Source of the DNA: Camelus ferus
Lineage: Eukaryota
Direction: 5' to 3'
Assembly: GCF_009834535.1 (NCBI RefSeq)
Contig: NC_045699.1
Location: forward strand, 54,498,001 to 54,562,000
Length of the DNA: 64,000 bases
A program made the position numbers and the translations under genes. Every line of letters begins with the position of its first letter. The stretch's first letter is position 1. The notes below the pieces were generated by a model. It saw nothing but the letters and a program-made list of their open reading frames with translations, made no database searches and was not told the DNA's origin. This document shows positions 48,890-60,000 of this stretch, one piece after another.

Positions 48890-49311
48890 TGTGCTCATTT
48901 CCCGTTTAGCTGCTGCCACAAATTACCATAAACTTCATTAGCAATTTATTCTCTCCCAGTTTGGGAAGCCAAAGTCCAGAATCAGGGGTGGCAGGGTTAA
49001 TTCCCTCTGGAGGCCTTGGGGGACGGTTGGTGTCCTGCCTCCTTCTGGCTTCTGTCGCCAGCAATCCTTGGCACTTCTTGGCTTGTAAATGAATCACTCC
49101 AATTTCCATCCATCTTCACACGGAGTTCTCTGTGTATATCTCTGTGTGTCCTTATCAGGGCACCACACCTGTCATTGGCTTGAGGATCCATCCTAATAAT
49201 GACCCCATCTTAACTAATTACATCGACAGAGACCCAATTTCCAAATAGGGTCACGATCTGTGGTCCTGGTGGACGTGAATTCTGGAAGGGAAGCTATTTA
49301 AGACACTACTG
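48890..49311 (-). mobile_element. MLT1B/C-type MaLR solo LTR
   Basis: gctgccacaaattaccataaac...agcaatccttggcacttcttggcttgta...catcttaactaattacatc...ttccaaatagggtcac. Confidence 0.85.
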
Positions 49312-50066
49312 TAATTATTATACCCCTTTGACAGATGAGTAAGCTCAATTTTTCAGAGAGACCATCTCTTGTGTAGCATCACATAGTTTGTGGGGCCAGA
49401 AGATTCAAACCCTAACCTTCTTTTCTCTAGACTCATGTTCTTCCCAACAGATGACCTGGCCATGCATAAATAAACAGAGAATAAAATTAGGGTCTAGAGA
49501 CCATGGCAGCAAAATGGCGGACAGCAGTCGGCCGTAGATCAAAGGGGGCCTCTGGAGGGTAAACAGGATGAAGCAGAGGCTGTGCAAGTGAATGGCGACC
49601 CCCTCCCCCCACTTTTGTTTCTGGTTCTCAGACTTGATATCCTGTTTCCATAATCAGTGTAACTTGTTGGCTTTCAACCACAGTGCTTGCTTCTGGGATG
49701 CCACGGCCGGGCAGGGAGATTCCTCAGAACCAGGTACCCTCCATGGTGCCCCTTGTGTCCCCTCTCACAGCTGGCTCATATTATCATGCATTCCCTTGGT
49801 GGATGGAGAAATTCCATGTTTTCCTTCTCCCACAGAGGTTCCTTCCTGGCATTCAGAGCCACAGAAGCAGGTGACTGGCCCTCAGCTGCCCTCAGAGCCA
49901 GGCTGCCCAGACTTTCCCCAGAATGTGGTCCAGCAGAGCTGGCCCTGGGCAAGACTGAGAAAGCACAGAGCTGTGGGCAAAAGAGGGGTGATTTCATGTG
50001 CTCCCCCTTTTCTGGCTAAAGCAGAAGACTGGGGCAGAATCAGAACCAGGGTTAGATCCTCAGTGT

Positions 50067-50668
50067 TTCTGCTTTGTAAATAAGTTCATTTGTGCCCTTT
50101 TTTAAGATTCCACATAGAAGTGATATTGCATGGTATTTTTCTTTCTCTTTCTGGCTTACTTTACTTACTTAGTATGACAATTTCCACGTCCATCCATGCT
50201 GCTGCAGTTGGCACTATTTCATTCTTCTTTAAGGCCGAGTAATATTCCATTATATATACACATCCACCACATCTTCCTTATTCATTCATCTGTTGATGGA
50301 CATTTAGGTGGAGGAATAAATTGGGAGTTTAGCATTTGTAGATACTAATTACTATGTATAAAACAGATAAGCAACAAGGTCCTACTGTATAGCACAGGGA
50401 ACTATATTCAAAACCTTATAGTGGTCTTTAATAAAAAATCATGAAAAGGAGTAAAGGAGTATATATATATGTATATTTACACACAGATGTATAACTGTAT
50501 ACAGATGTGTATATATACACATATCTGTGTATGTATATACAGATATATACAAATATGTGTGTGTGTGTATGTATATATATATATATATATATTCAGATGT
50601 ATAACTGAACCACTATGCTGTACATGGTAAACTAACACAATGTTGTAAACCAACTATACTTCAATTTT

Positions 50669-50719
<51 letters not shown>

Positions 50720-50727
50720 AGTAAGTA
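50067..50727 (+). mobile_element. 5'-inverted (twin-primed) L1: inverted segment 50067-50309, forward 3' end 50310-50727
   Basis: A minus-strand L1 piece abuts a plus-strand L1 3' end. TSD agat(c/t)ctcagtgt at 50054-50066 and 50728-50740. Confidence 0.9.
50670..50720 (+). repeat. (GAAA)12 tetranucleotide microsatellite forming the L1 tail
   Basis: Read directly. Confidence 0.97.
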
Positions 50728-51749
50728 AGATTCTCAGTGTCAGAGGCAAGTTTCTCTTGCTTTAAACCCCAAATGTGACTGTTACTGAGAACCCCATATA
50801 GTCAAGGGCATCAGTTTGCTGCAGGAGGTGGCATGAGAAAATTTGGGGGAGCCTGGCTTGAGCCCTGCAGTGTCCCCCGGCTGCCCATCACGCCCCGCTC
50901 TTCATCAGGCCAGCGTCCCCGGCACGTGTTCGGATCTGGCATCGCCACTTCGTCCCTGGCAGAGCTGAAGTCTCAGACTGACCATCTGGACCTTCCTGGA
51001 GTTCTGTCTTCCTGCCAGTTCTAGTCAGAGTGAATTGGATCAGAGGTCTGTTTGCTGCACAGTTGGCCTTCACATGTGACTTTGGGCTTTTGAAGAAACA
51101 CAAGAAAAGGCCGTTCGTGAGCTTTCCAAGTGAGTGGCAGTTCATAGTGACGCTGATGTCCATGATGAGGAGCCCTGTTCTGTGGATGGAGCTCTAAACC
51201 TTCGGGAGCCTCCCACCAGTTCCCTTGCAATCCCAATTTCCCGTTGGTCCGTGGTAGATCCTTTTGCTGAGTTTTCCTAGAGCTCAACAGGTTTTTCATT
51301 TTAAGAGGACCTTTGATTGTTAGGGTTTCCTTTCTTCTCCAGAATCACGAGTGTTGTCTTGGGGAAGTGAAGTCCTGCTGTCTAATACATCTTACCTTTG
51401 AGCAGAGAGGAGCCTGGTGGGTGAACCTGAGAGGACCCGGTTCCAGGCTCAGTCCTTGCTGACCTCGGATGCTCAGGCCCGTCCTGAGGGCTGGGACCTG
51501 GATGACAGAAGGGAGGGGACCCCAAGGCAGAATTGCCACTTGGGTCCCAGGTTCATGATTGCCAGTGCAGAGTTATCTATCCTGAGTCCCCACCCTCCCA
51601 GCACTCACTTTAACCATGAAGTAAGAGATGTCGTGTTTCTGCTTACAGAGGACTAGATTTAGCAAACCCAAAATACTACCTTGAAAACTCGACTCAAATC
51701 TTTGAAATACTTTACTAGAACAGAAAATCGATTCAAATTCATGAGCCCC

Positions 51750-51776
51750 TGTGTGTGTGTGTGTGTGTGTGTGTGT
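51750..51776. repeat. (TG)13 microsatellite
   Basis: Read directly. Confidence 0.95.
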
Positions 51777-54671
51777 CCGTGTCTGCCGGTCTGTCTGTCT
51801 GATAGGTGGATGGGGAGGCTACAAGATTGACTCCACTGCACAATTAAATTGAACGGAGCAAAAAAAAAAAAGTATGACTTTTTTAGAATAATAAATCAAG
51901 TCAGCTTCCAATTTTTGTCCTCTGCTTGACTCATCAGACCTTGGAAAACTTTTTAATGGGGTTTTCCTGTGACATATCCTGTCTGTGACATAGCTCATGA
52001 CATTCGATGACATTTGACTCCCAAAGAGGAATTTGGTTACTCACAGTGTTTCACCACTTTTCTGGGAATCGGCAGCTCATGGAAGGAAAGTGTCCATCTG
52101 TCACAGCTGGTCAATTACATATCTTTGATGAAAAAGGAAGACTATATTGTCTCACAATTGTGTAGAGTGGGTGTCGGCTCCTAAAAGTACGGTATGTTCC
52201 AGCAAGAAAGCACACCTTCCTCGAGGGAAGGTCACATTTGAAACACACTTGTCCATCCGAGACAAGTAAAGTCTTCACCACTCACGGTGGAGATGGAAAT
52301 TGGAGACTGAGAGGCATTGCGATACCTAACAAGACAGGGTCTTTTTTAAGTCTCTGTGTATTTAAAGCTCAGATTTGTAATGCTTATTGATGCATGATTA
52401 TGTTCATGGATTGCTTTTCTTGTTGAGCAGTACTGGAGGCAGTCAGAGGTTACAGTGGGAGACTGCAGGGTAGGGTGCAGGGAGAAGGGGAAGGGCTGGG
52501 AGGTGGGTGAACTATTTCTTTTTCGGTAGAATAATGTTTCTGACAGGAATAAATGCAATCGTGGCACGAGACGGTAGCTGGGTGGTAGGGTCCTAAGCAA
52601 TCGGGGAGGTGCTGCTGAGTTTAAATTGCCTACAGCCTTTTGAGGGAAATCACTGTTCTGTTCCCTTCTCATCAGTTTTCCCTCGATAAATTAAGGGCTG
52701 GGTGTGTCTTAGCTTCCCCACACTTTACCCCAATTAGAGATTCCTTTGGCTAAACAAGCTCCTGTTTTAAATTGTAAATATTCTCATCAAATTCACATCT
52801 CAGTGCAAATTGCCTCAAAGATCTGGCTCCATGAGGAGATGACAGGAGTCTTTCAGACTTGGAGAAGGGACCTACCTGAGGGGTAGTGGGTGAGAGGGCA
52901 GCCGGGAAGGAGGAGGTGGCCATGGCCATTTAGAAAGGACATCTGAAGCTTCCTTCAGTGTGTTCCTTGGATGAGGTCTTGGAGCAATTTGAAAAGCTGC
53001 AAACCTCCATCTTCCCCACGCCTGGGAAAGCGTGGGGAGCGAGCCTTCCCAGCGCTGACCCCACCCCTCCCCGCCGTACAATTCCAGGCAGTGGGCTGCG
53101 TGTGACCATTTTGGAAGCCAGCCCCTCCACCTTGCCTGCTTGCCTCTAGTTCCTCCTGACCTCAGCAAATCCATGTTGGAACACTCTGTCACACTGAGGT
53201 ACCTAAACGGGCTGGTTCCATTTAGCAGAATAAACCCCTTCAACTAAAGAGATAAAGCTCTGACCAGGGGAATGTCGGAGCGGAGTTCCTTCCTGGAACC
53301 CTCAGTCTCTCTTGGCCAAGGTACCAAGTGGTTTCAAAGGAAGCTGCTGCGCTGGTGCCCGCATTTGCTGGCTGGCTGTCTCTCCGTTCTGCCCACATCG
53401 TTACCAGCCTCAGAACCACCCGGGGCTTCACCTCTACCCACAAGTTCATGCTAACATTGCAAAACAACAGAGGTCAGGAGCAGAAAGGAGGTGCATTTGG
53501 GGGGTTCCTCTCTCATTGTATAAGCCAGAAAACTGACACCCAGGAAGAAAGCCTGGCCTTCCCAGAGTCACAGAGAAGCAGGCATGTGCTTTCAAAGATA
53601 GTCTGTTGCTGCCTGGCATTTGCTTTTTAATTTTTCCCTTTTGATTCCTCACACACTTCCTGGGTCTGCTCCCTCCTGAACCCCCCAGCTGCCTTCCCGG
53701 GGTGTGCATGGGGGATGAGGGTAGGGCAGAGCCCTGCCCTGTGGGTGGGGTTTGTGGACTCCAGCCAGACGTCTGCTGCCGACCAGCTGTGTGACCCTGG
53801 GAAGGGCGTGGCTCCTTAGTGGGGACCCGCCCCTCAGGTGGAATGGATGAGAATCCCCACCTTGCAGCTGGTGAAAGGAACCAAAAGAGAAGGTATGTGA
53901 GGGTGTGTGACCCAGACTGGCCCCCCGGAGGTGTACAGGAGACCTCTGCTGAGTGATGATTGTTGTGGTCCTCACAAATGGCACCTTGCTTCCCAGTTAA
54001 CCAGGACCAAGTTGCAAAACTGCTCCCTTACCCCTAGCCCCCGTGCAAGGCATCCTCAGGGACTAAATCAGATCAGGCTACAGCACCAGGAGAATTAAAC
54101 TGGTAGCACAGTTATTTTCATCAACTCAGAGAAACCAAGAGGGAGGAGGATGGATGGTCGGGCAGCAGCAAGGTGTGAGCTGCTGGATCCCGCTCTGCTC
54201 CTTCCTGTCGGGAGAACCCCCTGCCGGTCAGTGCGGGTGGCATGGTTCGTGCTTCTGCAGCCTCCATCTAGCTTGCTGCTTTAATTTCTCCCTCTGCCTC
54301 TGAGTATAAACCGCTTTCCTAGAGCATCTGACTGTGTCTTTGCCACACAGTGCTTTTCCAAATTCCACCATAATTTTGCAGCCAGAGGGCGAGGTGTGTG
54401 TGTGTGTGTGAATATGAATGGTGAGTGTGCATGCGTGTATGTGTGAGCGTCTATATTGGCTTGCTAGGCCTGTTACCACAAATTGGGCGGCTTAAACAAC
54501 AGAAATTTATTACCTCACAGTTTGAAGACAAGACAAGTCATCAGTGGAGTTGGTTCTTTCCGAGGGCTGCAAGGAAGGCTTGTTTCAGCCCCTCTCTTTG
54601 GCTTATGGGACCCTGTCTTCTCTCTCAGTCTCCTTATATTCCTTCTAGGCATGTCTGTGTGTCTGAGTCTC

Positions 54672-54774
54672 CTCTCTCTCTCTCTCTCTTTTTTTAATGG
54701 AGGTACTGGGGATTGAACCAGGACTTCCTGCACGCTCTGCACGCGCTCTACCACGGAGCTGCACCCATCCTGCG
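54672..54774 (-). mobile_element. Camelid SINE nested in MLT1, with (CT)n tail
   Basis: aatggaggtactggggattgaaccaggac...gcgctctaccacggagctgcacc; approximate TSD gtct(c/t)ctct. Confidence 0.88.
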
Positions 54775-54851
54775 GTCTTCTCTTTTTATAAGGACACTAG
54801 TCACATGGGGTTAACACCCACCCTAACGACCTCACTTAACTTGATTACCTT

Positions 54852-54962
54852 ATTTTTTAAATTTTTTTTAAAATTGAAGTATAGTCAGTTACCATGTGTC
54901 AGCGTCTGGTATACAGCATAATGTCCCAGCCAAGCGTTTATCTACATACATTCGTTTTCAAT
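54852..54962 (-). mobile_element. L1 3' tip nested in MLT1 with perfect 17-bp TSD
   Basis: TSD cttaacttgattacctt at 54835-54851 and 54963-54979. Confidence 0.95.
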
Positions 54963-55102
54963 CTTAACTTGATTACCTTTATAAAGACCTTATCTCCAAA
55001 TAAGGACACATTTTGAGGTACTGCATGTTAGGACTTAAAGTTGTGAAGTTGGGGTGCAGGGAGAGGGAGACCCAATTCAACTCATAACAGGGTGTATATG
55101 TA

Positions 55103-55123
55103 TGTGTGTGTGTGTGTGTGTGT
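55103..55123. repeat. (TG)n microsatellite
   Basis: Read directly. Confidence 0.9.
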
Positions 55124-56379
55124 AGTAAACCATGGTGTCTCAGACTCCAGTCAAAAGCGTGCCTGCTCCTCAGAGAACAGTTCTTTAAGAGCACATATGG
55201 TTTCCTCTTTTGCAAACGGTAGATTTAAAACAATTTTTAAATTGTTTATGCCTTTACCCTCATGGAGGCAGCGGGGCAGGTGTGATTACGTAGTGGGTCC
55301 CGGGTACCACTCTCGCCTCTTGGCTCGAAGGCACCTCTTCGTGGAGGTCCCTGCCTTGCTTTGTCACTCCCGAGCAGAGCAGTGCCACCCTGAGTGTGTG
55401 ATTTCCCCGCCTCGTTTTACTTTGGACTGTCAAGCAGCATCTTGAAATGCCTTTGGCTCTACAGCAGAACATTCCAATTATTCCAAAGGGCGGCGGAAAT
55501 TCAGTTTCCATAGCGTAGCACTCGCTGGTCACTTGGTGTCACCTAGTCAGTCTGAGAAACTGGAAACTCCTGGATATTTCTGAGTAAATTTCAGCTCATT
55601 AAAAATAGTACTTAGATGCTGTGAATAGTTGTATAGTATACAGTTTACTTCCTTTTCAAAAAAGCCTGCCTGGGCTCCATGCACTCTGATAATTTCTTCT
55701 AGGCTTGTGTTTCCAGGAGGGTTGCAGGGTCTGTGATGCTGGCCAACGCACAGGCCACGGGGGATCCCCTGCCACCATCTCTGGGGTCCCAGGCTGACAC
55801 AAGACAGCCAGCTTGGCCCATGCTTGGCATTTGTCCTCTTCTTCCTGTTCAGTTTACTGTGAATCTCAGTTCTCTTTCTCTTTTCCAAAGTCTTACTGAA
55901 GAGAATGAGTTCTGCATAGCCCTGCTTGGTCCTGGAATTTGGGCTGACCTTCCAGTCAACCAAAATCCTAAATTATGCCCCAAACTTTCCAGGTCAAACC
56001 AGAGTTCAGGGGGACCAGGTGGGTGGAGCCTTGGGGCAGCGCTGGGAGCCGGGTTAACACTCTGTGAGCCTTAGTGTGTGATGCCAGGGGTCTGATTCTA
56101 TGGTGAGCGAGTGAGGGACGTGTTTGTGGCACTCGTGTCTCCCAGAGGCACAGGTGGGTCTGTTTTCTTTGTGGCTGAAGAGATTGTTTAGTCCTGAGAC
56201 AGGGGACCACGTCCCTCAGACATTCCTTGAAATCAGAGCACTCATCCCTGACTTCAAATTCTGTCCCGCTTCAGTGTGGGACCCAATATAACCATTTAAA
56301 ATACATCTGACAAAGACCATGAAAGGACATAAAAAGTGCTTGTGAGATTATGTTGGCTGCAAAATTGCATATACTGTCT

Positions 56380-57035
56380 GGGCTTGACAATATTAAATGC
56401 ACCTTTCTGAAAAGGAGACTGGGTGAAATGCAATAAAGCGTGAACTGTTTTCCTCTGCGTGGAGGGAAGATGAAGAGCTTTTATTTTCCCAACTTCCTGT
56501 GGTGAGCAGTTCTGACTTTACACGCACACATGCGCACACACACACCTAGAGGCGCTGTCCTAAAAAGTCCGTGGAACTGGATGAAGTTTGTTTCACTCGA
56601 TCTTCAGGATCTGTCCGAGTTTTTGCTGTCTCAGCATCGCCAGGATATGAATTCCATTCCTGCCCAAGGCCGGCCTCTGACTTTCCAAGAAGGCAACCCT
56701 GGCTGGTTCATCTCAGCACCCCTGAGCTCCCGCCTCCCCGCGCAGCCCTGGGCGCCGGGACGGTCCGAGAGCGGCCTCTGGCTGGCCTGCTGCTGCCCTA
56801 CAGGCTCCCGCCAGCTAGGGAGGGGCCAGGCCTCTTTGAAGGGGGTTAAAGTCCTTCTTTGTGTGAATGGCCTTTGAGGGAGCCGAGGGAGGGCCAGCTG
56901 TGACCTCACAGTCCTCAGTCAGGAGGCTCAGAAGGGATTTGTCCAGCCTGAGCCAGGGTGCAGGGGATGGCCTGGAAAAAGAGGCAATTCTGACTGAGGA
57001 CGGGGTGAGGCGCACACTCTGGGCCGGGTAAGGCG
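56380..57035 (+). promoter_or_regulatory. Candidate alternative promoter / CpG-enriched first-exon region
   Basis: TATA-like tattaaa at 56391; ETS-RUNX composite acttcctgtggt at 56492-56503; CpG cluster at 56730-56820; donors GTGAGC at 56502 and GTAAGG at 57028. Confidence 0.55.
56470..56501 (+). CDS. Candidate coding portion of an alternative first exon, MKSFYFPNFL plus 2 nt (phase-2 donor)
   Basis: ATG in good Kozak context (A at -3), 32 nt open to the donor tg|gtgagc. It would be in frame with a phase-2 acceptor such as NEDD4L exon 3 (inference). Confidence 0.4.
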
Positions 57036-60000
57036 AGTCTGCTGACCTGTCTTATTGTCGTTTGCTTTCTGATCTGGAAGGAGAGGTTCCCTTGGGAGGC
57101 TGGAGTCTTTGTGGAGGAGGGACTGAGAGTGGGGACGGTGGGACCGTGCTGTGGAGGCCTTTCCGGCTGGACTTGCTACTTTTCTTGCTAAGCTTGTAAA
57201 ACTCCCAGCTTTCATGCTAAACACGCAGCGAGGGCAAAGATGCATGCATTCTCTGTGGCAGATAATGCTTTGAAGGTGGTGTTTTTGTGTGTGTGTGTGT
57301 GTCCTTTCCCAGAACAGAACCAGGTGACCCAGCGGTTCTGATAACTGGTTTCCTTGTCATCACCTTGTATGTGTTTAATCTACAAGCCCGTGGTGTCAGG
57401 CTTACCACATTCACAGAGTGACGCGGGCCTTTTGGGGGGACGTGTGCCTGTCTCCTGGGGGACCGAGGGGGGATGAGAAGAGAACTCATCAGCTCTGTTC
57501 ACAAGTACAAAGTCATCTGTGGACAAAGAGTTAAGCTCAGAAGCCTCTGGCACTGCTTTCTCTTTTCTCCTGGCTCTGCCTCCACATTGTGGATTTTTGC
57601 CGGGTCCACCGTGGTGCCCAGCCTTTGCTCTCTGCCATTACTGGTTGGCCAGGCAGGAACCCAAGATCCCAAACTATTTTAAAACCAAGAGGGACACAAC
57701 TAAGTTATAAAGAATTGAAACGAGGCTTGATTTTGCTTTTAGCAGAGTCAGTTACCCTGGAAATTTCAGGCTGCAGGAGCCAGAGTTCCCTCTGTGGCCT
57801 GGATCTGGGTGTCTTCCGGAGGTAGGGACTGTCCTGTAAAATAGTTTTCACAGCACAAAAGGCCTTTTGTGGAAAGAGCATCTGAGGACTCCTTGAGGGA
57901 GCCCGGGATGTACTGTATAGAGGGAAAAGCAAAACTTGCCTTTCTTGGAGCTAAATGAGGCATCTCTCCTCCTTCAGGGAAAAAACCTGAAACCTCCCAG
58001 CGGTTCTCAGGCCCTCTTGTAGGGAACAGATCTCAGAGTGACTGAAAGAAACAAGCCTTTCACCAGTCGCTGCAGAAAAGGCAACAGCTTCCTTCCTTCC
58101 TTGCCTCCTCCCCATCCCCAGCATCATACACACCCTCTTCAGTTTCTTACACAGAGAGCCCAAGCTGTAAATGTGTTCATCAAACCACACCTTAACATTT
58201 TCCAGATGTGCAGCCCAACTTTTGAGCCAATGACATTTCAGCAGAGTTCTGGGGATGCTATTAATAAGGCCGGCTGTAATGTTGGGGAGACTCTGTTACG
58301 TTACAAACGGACCACTCCTTCACTAGGAGCCTGAGCGAGTCCAGACGTGGGCCAGCTTTGTTGCCAATGGAAGGGGGTTCCAGAAGTGTTTTTAGTCTCT
58401 TTTTAGACCTGATCGAGTCACATTTAGCTGTAATGGCTTCGTGGCAGGAGGTTGGGGGAGGGAGACCCAGGAAGCATTGTTAGTGTTAACTCCTTTTATT
58501 AGGGGTCATGTCATTATCCCTGAGCCCGTCTGGTCTAAATTTAGCCTGTAACTACTCTGGAATGCTTGGGGTCTTAAGTCTGCCTCCCATCAGCCAGGAA
58601 GGGGGAGGGGCGGGGGTCCTTGGCCTCCGTGGGGAGTGGCCAGCCTCCCTGTTTCCCACGATCCACACCAGCCCTTGGTTCTATGGGCCGGAAGAAGCTC
58701 TGAGAGGAAGGGGGGATGGAGGTGGGTGGAAGAGGAAACGCTGCTTGGACTGGAGTGTGGCCCAGGTTATCGTCTGGGGCCGCTCCCCTCCACTTCCTGG
58801 CCAGAGGCCTGAAGCCCAACAACGGAAACAAGCATCCTCAAAATTCCCACTCTCTGTGCCTTCACAGGGGTGGGTGGAGGGGCCATTCAGAGTCCCAGCA
58901 CCATCTCCAGCCTCAGGTGGGGGGCAGCAGAGGAGCTGCAGGCCGGCCTCCAAGGAATGGTGATGCTCCCAGCATCCTTTGTAAATTCTTTTCAGCCTGC
59001 ACCATTTGCCACCTTGAACAGGGTGGGAAATTCCTTTCCAGTTACTGCCCTGCCACTCCTTCCACCTGTGCTCTTTGCTGTCTTTCTGTGAATCCGTTCT
59101 CTCTCCCTCCAAGGCTATAAGCTCCTTGCTGCAGCGTGAGACCACCTCACAGCCCTGAGGACCTCCCATGGCCCCGGCACAGGGCTCATCCCTCTGGTTC
59201 TCAGGACATGCCTATCCTTGCAGGAGTGACCTCTTCAGCCTCTGTGCTCCCCTTCCACACTCCCTGGATTCCTTTGGCTTGAGGAGTCCGTGTCCCCCAG
59301 ACCACCTGACTGTAGCTCTACCCTGTCCCTCCAAGGCTGATGAAGTTCAGCAGGCCCAAGTGAACATCCTGTAGGTGTCTGAGCCTCATCCACCTGCCAG
59401 GTTGCACCCTCTTCTCCCGTCTGCCTTTGTGATGGAAACTTCAGCCAGAAGATTACTACAAGAGCCATTGTAGAGACAGTCATGCATGGCCCGTGGAACC
59501 AGTTCTTTGCCGTGACAGCAGCTGTGACCTGTGTGCTAATAACCACATGACTTAGGAAAGAGAAAGAGGGTAAGAAGCGAAGACAGAGATGCCCTCTGGT
59601 TCTACAGCTATGACAGAGTTTTAGTTCATAGCCATGCCCCTGTTCCTAGGCCAAGAATGAGTTTGTATTTTTGGTAGACCTTTAAAAATAACTGGATTAA
59701 AGGATCAGGTCACCTATCACCTGGGGAAACCTGTTTCTAATTTAAAGATCGTGGCTTTAGAAGGAAGTAATCTGGGCTATTCAGAGCATAGAAACCTGCC
59801 TGTGCAGCAGGAGCCTGAGGTTTGAGTAATTGGGGTCACACTGTGCATTTAGACTAGGAGCCTGGGAAGTTGGTAGCGGACGTTGTCAAGATGGGAATGG
59901 GGAGGTCGGAAAGCAGAAGCTGCAGACACAGCGGACACGTGAAGTGAGTAGAAGCTTCTGTTCTCCCGTGTCCTTGATCTGCTGAGGAAAATGCATTTCC

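Larger units (their letters stand above)
54450..55089 (-). mobile_element. MLT1A/B-type MaLR LTR carrying two nested younger insertions
   Basis: accacaaattgggcggcttaaacaacagaaatttatt...tttttataaggacactagtcac...aaagaccttatctccaaataagg...cccaattcaactcataaca. Confidence 0.85.

Noticed and set aside
5869-54774. SINE heads as genuine tRNA-Ala(AGC) genes
   Set aside because: They are near-identical to tRNA-Ala but carry SINE tails, poly-A, TSDs and stem-breaking mutations, so they are retroposed copies.
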